DNA of 64,000 bases from an uncultured Fibrobacterota bacterium (lineage in GTDB: Bacteria; Fibrobacterota; Chitinivibrionia; Chitinivibrionales; FEN-1185), in assembly GCA_963753345.1 (NCBI GenBank), contig CAVWBU010000047.1:1-64000 (forward strand). The letters are read 5' to 3'. Below, in pieces: positions 42,451-52,600 of the stretch. A program made the position numbers and the translations under genes. How positions within the stretch are numbered: position 1 is the first letter of the stretch; every line of letters begins with the position of its first letter. The notes beneath the pieces were generated by a model. It was not told where the DNA came from, ran no database searches, and saw only the letters and a list, made by a program, of their open reading frames with translations.

Positions 42451-44682
42451 ATGGACCAGCCGCTCACCACACCGCAGACCCCTCCCCCGCCGGCGCCCCC
42501 CGTGGCCGGCAAACGGGTGGCCGCGGTCGTTCTGGCCGCGGTGTTCCTGTGCTCCTGCGCGTTCGCCGCGGCCGGGTGGTTCCTCTACCGCATGTACGAG
42601 ACCCTGCCCACGCTCGACCAGCTCGAGAACATCGAACCGCCGCTCTCGTCGAAAGTCCTGGGAAAGGACGGCTCCCTCATCCACGAGTTCTCCATTGAAA
42701 AGCGCTCGTGGGTATCGCTCAAGGACATTCCGCAGAACCTCGTCAATGCGGTGATCGCCATCGAAGACCGCAAGTTCTATACGCACTGGGGCGTTGACCT
42801 CAAGAGAATCCTCGGCGCCGTGTTCGTGAACCTCGGCAGGCGCCACTACGCCCAGGGCGCGTCCACGCTCACCCAGCAGCTCGCGCGCAACGTGTACCTG
42901 TCAAGCAAGACCTCCATGGTCCGCAAGATCCGCGAAGCCATGACCGCGATGCAGATCGAGCAGTACTACGCCAAGAGCGAAATCCTCGAGCTCTACCTCA
43001 ACCAGGTGTACCTCGGCGCGGGCGTGTACGGCGTAGAGGCCGCCAGCCAGTGCTACTTCTCAAAACACGTGTCGCAGCTTTCGCTCAACGAATGCGCCGT
43101 GCTCGCCGGGCTCATCCAGCTGCCCGAGCGGTACCGGCCCGACCGCAAGGCGAACCTGAAAAACACGGCAGCCCGGCGCGCGCGGGTGCTTGCCGCCATG
43201 GTGTCGATGCACTATCTCGACAGGGCGGCCGCCGACGCCGTTGACAAAGCGGACGTTCCCTCCAGGCCGCAGACCGACGTGTCGAAATGCGCCCCGTATT
43301 TCGTGGAGATGGTGCGGCAGTACTGCGAGCAGAAATACGGCGACGACATGCTCTACAACGGCGGCCTCACCATCTACACCACGCTCGACCCCGGGGCCCA
43401 GGATTCCACCGAAACGGCGACCACGGCGCACCTCGCCGGGCTCCAGAAAAAAATGAACGGGATCTACCTTGACAAAACGCGCATGTTCAAGAAGCTCAAG
43501 ATCTCCCGCGATTTCTTTGCCGCGCATTTCGACTCGGTCTATGCCGCCCACCGCGCCGAGTGCGAGGCCTTCCCCGATTCCCTGCGCCTGCGGATCGTCC
43601 AGACCGCGGTGGTCGCCATGGACGTGAGCAGCGGCGCCGTCCTCACCCTGGTAGGCGGCCGCAACTTTCTCGAAAGCAAATTCAACCGCGCCGTGCAGTC
43701 GGTGCGCCAGCCCGGGTCCGCCTTCAAGCCCATCGTGTACACCGCGGCCATCAATCACGGGTTTACGCCCGCGAGCGTCATCCTCGACCAGCCCATCACC
43801 CTCCAGACGCCGCAGGGCGAGTGGCGGCCCGAGGACTTCGACGGCACGTTTCAGGGGCCGGTGACGCTGCGCCACGCGCTCAACCATTCGCTCAACCTGG
43901 TCGCCATCCAGGTGTTCATGCAGGTGGGCGGCGACACCGTGGTGAGTTACGCGCGCAGGATGGGCCTGCGCCAGCGCATAGAGCCCGTGCCGTCGCTGGC
44001 CATCGGTTCGTGCGAGGTGGTGCCCATGGAGCTGCTCGCGGCCTACGCCATTTTTCCCAACAAGGGAATGCGCAACGAACCGTATTTCGTGGAGCGCATT
44101 ATTGACAAAAACGGAAACGTCCTGGAGGAGCACGATCCCGCGCCCGTGCAGGTCCTGTCGGCCCAGACCTCGTACATGATGTGCGACCTGCTTCGGACCG
44201 TGGTCCAGCGGGGGACCGCCGCTGCTATTCCCGGCCTGGGCTTTACCCGGCCCTCGGCCGGAAAAACCGGCACGTCCAACGATTTCTCAGATGCGTGGTT
44301 TGTGGGCTTCACCCCGCAGATCGCGTGCTGCGTGTGGGTGGGCATGGACGAGCGGCTCTCCCTCGGCTACGGCGTGACCGGTTCCGCCGGCGCCGTGCCG
44401 CTTTACGTAAAGGCAATGATCGCCCTGCACCGCAAGGTGCCCATTGAGAATTTCGCGAAACCGGACAGCATCGTGACCGAGAAGGTGTGCCCCATTTCCC
44501 ACAAGATCGCCACTGCCTACTGCCCCCAGCCCTACGACGAGACGTTCATCGAAGGCCAGACGCCCGAACAGTGCGACATGCACGGACCGGGAAAGGTGAA
44601 GAGCGAGAATTCCACCAATATGTTCGGGCCGAAGGAGAAGACGGGGGAGAAAGTTCCTGCTAAAAAGAGATTAATGTTCTAA
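42451..44682 (+). CDS. Class A penicillin-binding protein (PBP1A family)
   Basis: AIEDRKFY.H.G, QGASTLTQQLARN, RKIREA, QPGSAFKP and AGKTGTS. Confidence 0.93.
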   Translation: MDQPLTTPQTPPPPAPPVAGKRVAAVVLAAVFLCSCAFAAAGWFLYRMYETLPTLDQLENIEPPLSSKVLGKDGSLIHEFSIEKRSWVSLKDIPQNLVNAVIAIEDRKFYTHWGVDLKRILGAVFVNLGRRHYAQGASTLTQQLARNVYLSSKTSMVRKIREAMTAMQIEQYYAKSEILELYLNQVYLGAGVYGVEAASQCYFSKHVSQLSLNECAVLAGLIQLPERYRPDRKANLKNTAARRARVLAAMVSMHYLDRAAADAVDKADVPSRPQTDVSKCAPYFVEMVRQYCEQKYGDDMLYNGGLTIYTTLDPGAQDSTETATTAHLAGLQKKMNGIYLDKTRMFKKLKISRDFFAAHFDSVYAAHRAECEAFPDSLRLRIVQTAVVAMDVSSGAVLTLVGGRNFLESKFNRAVQSVRQPGSAFKPIVYTAAINHGFTPASVILDQPITLQTPQGEWRPEDFDGTFQGPVTLRHALNHSLNLVAIQVFMQVGGDTVVSYARRMGLRQRIEPVPSLAIGSCEVVPMELLAAYAIFPNKGMRNEPYFVERIIDKNGNVLEEHDPAPVQVLSAQTSYMMCDLLRTVVQRGTAAAIPGLGFTRPSAGKTGTSNDFSDAWFVGFTPQIACCVWVGMDERLSLGYGVTGSAGAVPLYVKAMIALHRKVPIENFAKPDSIVTEKVCPISHKIATAYCPQPYDETFIEGQTPEQCDMHGPGKVKSENSTNMFGPKEKTGEKVPAKKRLMF

Positions 44683-44708
44683 TTTCAATATTTCTATTAA
44701 TAATTAAG

Positions 44709-44888
44709 CTGGGCGTTCCCCCTATTGTAAAGGCGCAGAATTCTGCGCCTTTACAATAGGGGGCGGTTCTCCTTCCGGTCTCGGCCTCCGGCCTCGGGCC
44801 GCCTGCCACGAGGGCCCTGCGGGCCGTGGTCAGGCGGCATCCCGCTTTGGCGGGACCTCCAGTCGCCCCTAACGCGCGGCAGAGGAAA
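44709..44888 (+). repeat. Family A copy A5
   Basis: Head CTGGGCGTTCCC; tail ACCTCCAGTCGCCCCTAACGCGCGG. Confidence 0.85.
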
Positions 44889-44980
44889 TCCTGTTCCGTC
44901 AAGATCACAATCTTGCGCCTGGCTCTCGAAATAGATAACTTCACAATTCATCATCTGCTTTTCCCTACCAACCACCCTCC

Positions 44981-45131
44981 GTGGGTGCCCCCACACAGGT
45001 GTATGGTTCTGCAACTACTTTGTCAAGGGGGCTACCCTGGAGGGGGTAGCGGAGGCCTGGCCGCGCAGTTCCATACTTCTTTTTTGTGAAGCTGCGCGGC
45101 CAAGCCGTAGCGAGGGGGATACTTCCCCCCC
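44981..45131 (+). repeat. Family B copy B2
   Basis: Same modules as B1 with covarying stem CTGGCCGCGC/GCGCGGCCAA. Confidence 0.85.
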
Positions 45132-45180
45132 TTATACCTCTTTGTATTTTCGGCTTCATTTCTCATTGTATTTTCAAGCC

Positions 45181-46998
45181 ATGGCCTCAAAAGAACTTAT
45201 AGAATCATTAGACCGCTTCCCCGAAAGCCCGGGTGTCTATTTAATGAAAGACGCATCCGGCGGGCTGCTTTACATAGGCAAGGCAATAAACCTCAAATCA
45301 CGAGTCAAATCTTATTTCCTTGACACGCACGAAGACCGGCCGCAGATTCCCTTCATGCTGGCACGGCTCGACCACGTGGACTGGATCGCCACACGCAGCG
45401 AGACCGAGGCGCTCATCCTCGAGGCGAACCTGATACGCAAGCATAAGCCGAAGTTCAACATAGACCTCAAGGACGACAAGCATTACCCCTATCTCAAGAT
45501 AACCGTGCAGGAGCCGTTTCCGCGGCTCCTGGTGGTGCGCAGGGTGGAAACCGACGGTAGCCGCTACTTCGGGCCGTACACCGATGCACGGGCCATGCGC
45601 AGGCTCATTCACTTTGCAAAACGGATTTTTCAGATACGCGACTGCAACCGCGACCTTCCGCTCAAGAAGCCTTCACGGCCGTGCGTGAATTTCGGGATCG
45701 GCCGCTGCAGCGGCGCATGCGCCGCCAAGATTTCGCAGGACGAATACCGCGCCAACGTGGACATGCTGGTCCGCTTTCTTATGGGCCGCAGAAAGGACGT
45801 AGTGCGCGAGCTTGAAGCGAGAATGGAGGCAGCCGCCGCCGCGACGCGGTTCGAGGAGGCGGCGCTCATGCGCGACCAGATCCGCCTCATTGGCGACGCA
45901 TCGCAGGCCCAGAAGGTCGACCTTGCCGCACTCGACGAGGACTGCGACGTTTTCGGCGTTTTCAAAGGCGACCGCTCGCTGTGCCTCGCGGCGCTTTGCG
46001 TGCGCGAGGGCCTGCTCATGTCGGCGCGAAGGTTCGCGTTCGACAAGGCATCGTGGGAGGCGCAGGGCGCGGGCATGGAAACGCTGCTGATGCAGTTCTA
46101 CCTTGACGCAGGAGAACAGCCTCCGCCCGAAGTGCTCGTGTCGCAGGAGGCGGGCATCGATCCCGCGCTTCTGGAGCAGGCTTTTCTGTCACAGTTCGGC
46201 CGCGCCGTGAACGTCGCGGTGCCGCAGAAGGGCGCGAAGCGCGGCCTTGCCGATATGGCCGTGAAAAACGCTCGCCTGTACCTGATGCAGAAGCTTCCAC
46301 CGAACGCGCTCGACGACCTTACCGAGCTGCAGACCATTCTCCACCTTCCCAGGTTCCCGCATGTCATCGAGGCGTTCGACATATCGAACATGGGCGAGAC
46401 CAACGCGGTCGCAGGCATGGTGCGGTTCGTGGAAGGCGAGGCGGACAAATCCGGATACCGGCGGTACAAAATAAAGACCGTAACCGGCCAGAACGACTTC
46501 GCCATGCTCATGGAGGCGGTAACGCGCAGACTGTCGCGCCAAGATGAAGAAAGCAGGCAGTTTGCCGACCTTTATCTTATCGACGGCGGGCTCGGTCAAC
46601 TGCACGCTGCGATGGAAGCAATGGGGAAATTTGAAAACCCGCCGATGGCGATTGCGCTTGCCAAAAGGGAGGAGCTCATCTATTCTCCCTATGGCAAGGA
46701 ACCGGTTCGCCTTCCGTCAACGCACCCGGTGCGCAAGTTCCTGGAACGCATCCGCGACGAGGTGCACCGGTTTGCCATCGCCTATCATCGTACCCTGCGC
46801 GGTCACCGGCTGGCCGTGTCTGCACTGCAGTCGGTGCCGGGCATGGGCAAGAAACGTGTTGTGCTGCTGTTGCGCCATTTCGGTTCGCTGTCGGCCGCGC
46901 GCAAGGCGAGCGTGGAGGAGATTGCGAAAGTGAAGGGCATTCCGGCAACGCTGGCGCAGGAGATTAAGAAGTTTTTGGAAGACATGGCAGCGGATTGA
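45181..46998 (+). CDS. uvrC: Excinuclease ABC subunit C
   Basis: PGVYLM...YIGKAINLKSRVKSYF, FDISN, IDGGLGQL, RIRDEVHRFA and C-terminal HhH. Confidence 0.95.
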   Translation: MASKELIESLDRFPESPGVYLMKDASGGLLYIGKAINLKSRVKSYFLDTHEDRPQIPFMLARLDHVDWIATRSETEALILEANLIRKHKPKFNIDLKDDKHYPYLKITVQEPFPRLLVVRRVETDGSRYFGPYTDARAMRRLIHFAKRIFQIRDCNRDLPLKKPSRPCVNFGIGRCSGACAAKISQDEYRANVDMLVRFLMGRRKDVVRELEARMEAAAAATRFEEAALMRDQIRLIGDASQAQKVDLAALDEDCDVFGVFKGDRSLCLAALCVREGLLMSARRFAFDKASWEAQGAGMETLLMQFYLDAGEQPPPEVLVSQEAGIDPALLEQAFLSQFGRAVNVAVPQKGAKRGLADMAVKNARLYLMQKLPPNALDDLTELQTILHLPRFPHVIEAFDISNMGETNAVAGMVRFVEGEADKSGYRRYKIKTVTGQNDFAMLMEAVTRRLSRQDEESRQFADLYLIDGGLGQLHAAMEAMGKFENPPMAIALAKREELIYSPYGKEPVRLPSTHPVRKFLERIRDEVHRFAIAYHRTLRGHRLAVSALQSVPGMGKKRVVLLLRHFGSLSAARKASVEEIAKVKGIPATLAQEIKKFLEDMAAD

Positions 46999-47090
46999 GA
47001 ATGTTTTGTGACGCCCTTACAGGGCTTGTGATGATTCCCTATTGTTATAACCCTCATCGTTCATGCCGAATCATTTGAAAGGAGATGCTG

Positions 47091-47792
47091 ATGAAACCGA
47101 AGGAGTCAACCACAAAGGCCGTGGGGTTTTTGCCCATCACCCTGCCAAAGCCGTCGGACTGGCACGGAAAATCGGTCTACGCTGCCCTCAAGGTAAGAAG
47201 GACAACACGCAAGATCAGTTCAAAGGCATTTTCTTTACAGATGCTTTCCAACCTGCTCTGGGCGGCAGATGGCGTTAACCGCAAATCCGGCCCCTTCGGG
47301 CTTCCCGGCAGAACCGCGGCCTCGGCAAGCAACTCCCGGGAAATAGAGGTGTACGCAGCAATGGAGAAAGGCGTTTACCTTTACGAGCCCGCCGGCCATC
47401 GCCTTGTTCCGGTTGCTCAAGGCGACTTTCGCCCCATGGCGATCGGCTACGGCCAGAAGACCTGGGGATCGAACGCGGCCATACGCCTTATCTATGTTGC
47501 GGACATTGACAAATTCAAAAAGTCCGGGTTTGACGAACCCAGGCTGCACGAGCCGGAAGGCCAAAAGGCCTATTACTACACCGACACCGGCCTTGTTGCG
47601 GGAAACGTGTACCTGTTCGCCGCCTCGCAGGGCCTTGCGGCGTGGTTTCACAACTGCGACAGGGAGATGGTGTCAAAGGTATTAAAATTACCGGAAAGCA
47701 AGAGGCCGCTGTTCGGGCAGACCATTGGATATGCGGGAAAACAATTATATGAAAGAGATGGGCGTTCCCCTCGCTATTCGTTACTGGAATAA
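47091..47792 (+). CDS. Nitroreductase (SagB/ThcOx-like) family protein, paralog of 10..612
   Basis: ALKVRRTTR, LSNLLWAADGVNR, RTAASASN, GNVYLFAASQGL and FGQTIGY. Confidence 0.85.
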   Translation: MKPKESTTKAVGFLPITLPKPSDWHGKSVYAALKVRRTTRKISSKAFSLQMLSNLLWAADGVNRKSGPFGLPGRTAASASNSREIEVYAAMEKGVYLYEPAGHRLVPVAQGDFRPMAIGYGQKTWGSNAAIRLIYVADIDKFKKSGFDEPRLHEPEGQKAYYYTDTGLVAGNVYLFAASQGLAAWFHNCDREMVSKVLKLPESKRPLFGQTIGYAGKQLYERDGRSPRYSLLE

Positions 47793-47941
47793 AAACACTT
47801 GGGCGCCCCGCCGCTTTGCGGCGGCGGCCCTCCCTCCGGGCTCGGCTGTTCGCCTCGTTGCCGGATGGCCCTATGCCTGTCGGCCGGGTCGGCCGGCAAC
47901 GCGCTCTTGCGCGCCCTACGGTCCTGCCTGGCGCGCGGCAA
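47759..47941 (+). repeat. Family A head fragment (47759-47777) plus full copy A6 (47799-47941)
   Basis: TGGGCGTTCCCCTCGCT fragment, then TTGGGCGCCCC...GGCTCGGCTGTTCGCCTCGTTGCCGG...CCTGGCGCGCGG. Confidence 0.8.
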
Positions 47942-48060
47942 CAGAAGTGTATTCAGTCAAGATTAAATCTTGCGCCAGCCTGAATTCTCGAGCGAAGAAG
48001 TAAAATTCCTTTGTGTGGTTTTTGACTTCTTAACTGCTTGACTCTTCAACTCTATTTCTA

Positions 48061-48208
48061 GGTGCCCCCGCAGCCGAGGTTTCTTTCTTGCAAACCAACT
48101 TTCATGGGGGCTACCCACGAGGAGGTAGCGGAGGACCGGACGCGCTTCTGGAATGTTGATTTGTAGAGCGGCGCGACCGGGCCGAAGCGAGGGGGATACT
48201 TCCCCCAC
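48061..48208 (+). repeat. Family B copy B3
   Basis: First hairpin nearly identical to B4 (TTTCTTTCTTGCAAACCAACTTTC loop). Confidence 0.85.
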
Positions 48209-48227
48209 ATGAACATCTTTAATTCAT

Positions 48228-50216
48228 TTATAAAATATTACCAAATAGATTTGTCTGCTCACTCTCCGCAACTTTCTTTACTTTCATCGCCTTTGCCTTC
48301 TCATACGTCTTTAGCTCTTCCTTGATATCCGCGAGAAAAGGCGACGGCCGGCCTTCTTGCGTTTTTCCATACATGGTCCGCCTCCGTGCGTGCGTAAGGT
48401 ACAGACGCTCCTTTGCGCGGGTCATGCCCACATAAAACAGCCGCCGCTCCTCAGCAGTATCAAGATCTTTTCCTTCCCGAATCAGAGGCACGATCCCGTT
48501 TTCACACCCTGCAATGAACACCACGGGAAACTCAAGCCCCTTTGAAGCGTGGAGCGTAAGCAGCGACACTTTTTCGGCGCGGTATTCGCCTTCGTCCTCA
48601 CTTTGCTGCAGTAAGATATGATCCATGAATAACCGAAAATCACCCCGAACTCTCGCAATCCGCAATAGCCTTTCGAACAGATCTCCGGCTTTTTTATCTT
48701 TGTCAAGCAACGCATAAAAATCAGGATGATCCTTCATGCATCCAAGCGCGCCGGACGCCCCAGATTCCTTCATAACCGCTCCCGCGTTTTCAACAACCCG
48801 CTTGATTGCAGATGCGCTCATTCGTATGACCCGGAAGCCCGCCGGCGGAAGCTTCGGCATCGTCGCGCCGTCCGCGGCCGAAAGCACGTCGAGAATATCC
48901 TTCACAAACGGATACTCCCCAAGTGCCAGCTCTCCCGACACCTGAAACGGAATGCCGCTTCTTTCGAATGCCTCGACAAGCGGGCCTGCCTGCGCATTGG
49001 TGCGGTACAGCGCCGCGCAGTCGCCGAACGTGCGGTCCGCGGAATCGCTGTTGTCAACGCGGTCGCTGTCGAGCGAGAACATGCTGGTTCCGCCCACAAG
49101 CCGCTCTATCTGATGCACCACGAATTCAGCCTCGGCCCGGTCGGTTGCCGCCTCGTGGATCATAAGCCGTCCCTCGAGGAACAGCCTGGCGGCAAGCGGC
49201 GGAACTGAGGCCGCCTGTCCCGCACTGATAACATGTCCGCACGCTTCCAGGATGTTCGCAGCAGTACGGTAGTTCTCGGAAAGAAACATGGTGACCGCAC
49301 CGGGGAACGAATCGGCGAACCGGTCGAAGAACCGCACGTCGGACCCCCGGAACCCATAGATTGCCTGGTTTGGGTCGCCGATGGCGGTGAGCGTCACGCC
49401 GTCCTTTGCAAGATGCATGAGAAGGTCATGCTGAATTGCGTTGATGTCTTGATATTCGTCCACAAAAATATGGCGATACATTTTCCTGACATTGCCTGCG
49501 GCTGTCGCGCTCGACGCAAGCAGCCGCACCGCCTCTTCGAGTAGGTCGTCGAAATCGAGAAGGCCGGCGCTGCGCAGTTCCTTCTTGTAAATGGCAGTAT
49601 CGCCGCCTTCCGGACACAGCGCACCGGCGCGGTGCTTCGAGATTGCCTCAAGCTTGGCCCTGCGCTGGCTATGGGTGGAAAAAGGCCATGCCCGTGCAGC
49701 GGCGGCCAGCCGCTCGTCGTCGGATGCAATGCGGAAATTTTGGGGAAGTCCGGCTTCAGCGGCATAATCGCGCAAGAGGGTAAGGCAGAACCGGTGGAAC
49801 GTTCCCGCAAAGATGCTGTTGAGCGCATTCTCACCGCACTGCGCAACGATCCGCTCGCGCAGCTCCTCGGCCGCCTTGTTGGTAAACGTGATCGCGAGGA
49901 TCTTTCCACCTGATACGCAGCGTACTGCCGTCTTTGCAATTCGGCTGATGAGCGTATGCGTCTTGCCCGTACCCGGTCCGGCGATAATAAGAAGATAGAG
50001 GCCGGGGTAATTTACCGCGGCGATTTGCGCTTTGTTAAGTGTTGCGGGTGCCGGGGTTTCCTTGTTTCCTTCGTCGCCCGGCGGCTGATCGGGGGATGCA
50101 CGCTTTTTCCGGGCTTTTTTTTTGACGCCATACCCGGTGACTGGTTCCTTATCACGGGAGTCCTGCTTTTTCATCAACGACACCTGAGGCGGGGAATCAT
50201 CACCAAAAAGATTCAC
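48228..50216 (-). CDS. UvrD/PcrA-like SF1 helicase; probably the C-terminal part of an EndoQ fusion
   Basis: AGPGTGKT, ITFTNKAA, VDEYQD, IGDPNQAIYGFRG, TLHASKGLEF and EERRLFYVGMTRA. Confidence 0.9.
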   Translation of the reverse strand: MNLFGDDSPPQVSLMKKQDSRDKEPVTGYGVKKKARKKRASPDQPPGDEGNKETPAPATLNKAQIAAVNYPGLYLLIIAGPGTGKTHTLISRIAKTAVRCVSGGKILAITFTNKAAEELRERIVAQCGENALNSIFAGTFHRFCLTLLRDYAAEAGLPQNFRIASDDERLAAAARAWPFSTHSQRRAKLEAISKHRAGALCPEGGDTAIYKKELRSAGLLDFDDLLEEAVRLLASSATAAGNVRKMYRHIFVDEYQDINAIQHDLLMHLAKDGVTLTAIGDPNQAIYGFRGSDVRFFDRFADSFPGAVTMFLSENYRTAANILEACGHVISAGQAASVPPLAARLFLEGRLMIHEAATDRAEAEFVVHQIERLVGGTSMFSLDSDRVDNSDSADRTFGDCAALYRTNAQAGPLVEAFERSGIPFQVSGELALGEYPFVKDILDVLSAADGATMPKLPPAGFRVIRMSASAIKRVVENAGAVMKESGASGALGCMKDHPDFYALLDKDKKAGDLFERLLRIARVRGDFRLFMDHILLQQSEDEGEYRAEKVSLLTLHASKGLEFPVVFIAGCENGIVPLIREGKDLDTAEERRLFYVGMTRAKERLYLTHARRRTMYGKTQEGRPSPFLADIKEELKTYEKAKAMKVKKVAESEQTNLFGNIL

Positions 50217-50223
50217 CTGCCAT

Positions 50224-51489
50224 TTACTTCCCCGACCGCTCCTTGTCGGAAAAAATCTTAATAATCCCGTATTCGCCGTCGTATCCCGCCTTCACCGAGA
50301 TTTCGCCGCTCCTCACCCGGCGTATCCCCTCGGCAAGAAGCGATCCGCCTGCGTTTTCGATTATGTCAAGGGGAGCATCCATCAGGATGGAAAACTCGCT
50401 GCCCGCATTTCCGACAAGTTTCCAGTACAGGGTGTCTGCCTTTTGTGACCCCGGCCCGACTCCCAAACAGTCCCCGATGATTTCCGAAAGCGGTATCATG
50501 CTGTGATACGGCCGCCAGCGCTTTCCCTTTCCACCCTCGGGCCGGTCGGCAAGCTGCTCCACCCGCGCCATGACGCCCACGGTCACCGGCTTGCCGCACA
50601 CCGGGCAAAGGCCCTTGTTCTTTATGGTTTCCCTCGGGTGCAGACGCGTTTCGCATTTCCTGTGGCCGTCAAAGTGGTACTTGCCCTCCTCGGGGAAGAA
50701 TTCCACGGTTCCCGAAAGACCCCTGTCGCCGGGATTTCGCATTGCGTCAAGAATGCCGCTGTACGAGAGGTCCGTCTCAAAGATGTTTGCTTCCCGTCCC
50801 AGCTTACTCGGCGAATGCGCGTCCGAATTCGACACGAGCACGAACGGGTCGAGCGAGGAGAGCCGCCAGTTCATGGCCGGATCCGAAGATAGGCCCGTTT
50901 CCAGGGCATAGATATATTTCGTCAAGTCGCCGAAGCATTCGTCGATCGAATCGAACCCGCTCTTGGACCCGAGCACCGAGAACCACGGCGTCCACACGTG
51001 GGCGGGAATGAGGAACCCGTCGGGATGGCACGAGAGCAGGATGTCGAGCAAATCGCGAGAGTCAAGACCAAGGATGGGCCTTCCGTCGGAGCGGATGTTG
51101 CCGATGCTACCGAGCTTCGCCGCGAGCTTCGCCGCGGAGGCGAAATCGGGAAGGTACACAACGTTGTGTACCTTCCGCACCTTGCCGTCGCGTTTGTAAA
51201 TGCTGGAAATCTCGCTGGAAAGAATGAACCGCACCTCCGCGTTGCACGAAGCCGGAACTTGCGCCGCGAGCGGCGCGCGGAATTCCTCTTTAAGTTCAAA
51301 CAAGCCGTTTCCACACGGAGAAAGTTTCTCGGACAGTTCCTTGGACCAGCCCGGGTGGATGCAGTCGCCAGTGGCCACCACCGAAATTCCCTTGATCTGC
51401 GCCCACAGCCACAGGTGTTCCAGGTCGAGCTCGGGGCTTGTCGCGCGGGAATATTTAGAATGTATGTGGAGGTCGGCGTAATAATGCAT
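50224..51489 (-). CDS. Endonuclease Q family (PHP-domain) protein
   Basis: ADLHIHSKYSRATS, SNSDAHSPSKLGREAN and PEEGKYHFDGHRKC...CPVCGKPVTVGV. Confidence 0.88.
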   Translation of the reverse strand: MHYYADLHIHSKYSRATSPELDLEHLWLWAQIKGISVVATGDCIHPGWSKELSEKLSPCGNGLFELKEEFRAPLAAQVPASCNAEVRFILSSEISSIYKRDGKVRKVHNVVYLPDFASAAKLAAKLGSIGNIRSDGRPILGLDSRDLLDILLSCHPDGFLIPAHVWTPWFSVLGSKSGFDSIDECFGDLTKYIYALETGLSSDPAMNWRLSSLDPFVLVSNSDAHSPSKLGREANIFETDLSYSGILDAMRNPGDRGLSGTVEFFPEEGKYHFDGHRKCETRLHPRETIKNKGLCPVCGKPVTVGVMARVEQLADRPEGGKGKRWRPYHSMIPLSEIIGDCLGVGPGSQKADTLYWKLVGNAGSEFSILMDAPLDIIENAGGSLLAEGIRRVRSGEISVKAGYDGEYGIIKIFSDKERSGK

Positions 51490-51535
51490 GGAGAAAATAT
51501 AGATAATCCATACAATACTATAACACATAGTTATT

Positions 51536-51685
51536 GGGGGGGGAGGTCTCCCCCTCGCTCCGGCCCGGTCGCGCGTTCACAGACCAAGATTCCGAGTCTG
51601 CGCGACCGATCCTGCGCTACCCCCTCGTGGGTAGCCCCCGAGAAAGTTGGTTTGCAAGAAAGAAACTTCGCCTGCGGGGGCACCG
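51536..51685 (-). repeat. Family B copy B4
   Basis: Reverse complement matches B1/B3. Confidence 0.85.
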
Positions 51686-51798
51686 AGAAATAGAGTTGAA
51701 TGTTGACAGTTATCGGTTGACAGCAAATCAAATGTCTGTTGGATTATCCGGGATTCCGGATGGCGGAAAAATCATCTTGACCAATGATATTTCTTATA

Positions 51799-51958
51799 CC
51801 GCGCGTTAGGGGCGACTGGAGGCCGCGTTGGAACGCGGTGCCGCCCGGACCCGCCGCTACTGCGGCATAGGGCCGTGGCGGCCCGAGGGCAAGGCCCGAG
51901 ACCGTAAGGAGAACCGACCCGACCCCGAGCGGAGTCGAGGGGGGAGGGGAACGCCCAA
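51799..51958 (-). repeat. Family A copy A7
   Basis: GCGCGTTAGGGGCGACTGGAGG...GGAGAACCG...GGAACGCCCAA on the + strand. Confidence 0.85.
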
Positions 51959-52142
51959 TTTTTATTTTATTATTATTTCAAAATAAAATATTTCCCCGAA
52001 ACGTAGTCCTGGTGTCTTTGAAATCAGAAAGAGGAAATTTCAAGAACATAATCAACAACATTTTTCGATATTCCCCCTCGGCGACTGACAGATGCAACTT
52101 CTTTCCAAAGGAGAAGGGGCGCTGTCAGCCGCCGCCCCCTTT

Positions 52143-52505
52143 TTAGCGGTCCCTTCTCACCGATTCCGGCGCAAACGCAGGCACGCACACCGCGATGTAT
52201 TCCGCGCCGTCCGCGCCCGGCGTCGAGTATTGCACCCATTCCCCTGCCGCAGCGATAACGGCCTGACCGGCCTGAATATCATACGTCCCGCTTTTCGATG
52301 CCACGCGAAGGAAGCCCCTCAGCACCAGGGAATACTCATCGAACAGCGGTGTCTGGCCGGGCTCAACCCAGCCCTGCGGGCTCTTCATGCGCGCTACGCT
52401 CACGCTTTGCGTATGCGAATTAACCCGGCCGATGAATTCTTCAATCTTCTTGGGTTTGTTGCCGGCTGCGGTGATGATGGTTGGTTTTTCGATGAGGTGG
52501 GGCAT
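52143..52505 (-). CDS. Cupin-domain protein
   Basis: PKKIEEFIGRVN, GWVEPGQTP.FDEY, EWVQYSTP and YIAVCVPAF. Confidence 0.85.
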   Translation of the reverse strand: MPHLIEKPTIITAAGNKPKKIEEFIGRVNSHTQSVSVARMKSPQGWVEPGQTPLFDEYSLVLRGFLRVASKSGTYDIQAGQAVIAAAGEWVQYSTPGADGAEYIAVCVPAFAPESVRRDR

Positions 52506-52600
52506 GGAAAATGTTCCTTTCTATGAGGTGCTTACATATTCATGGAGTTTGAACTAAAAAAATGTATCCGGCAAAATGTTGCAAGAGATTTTTCCTTCGA

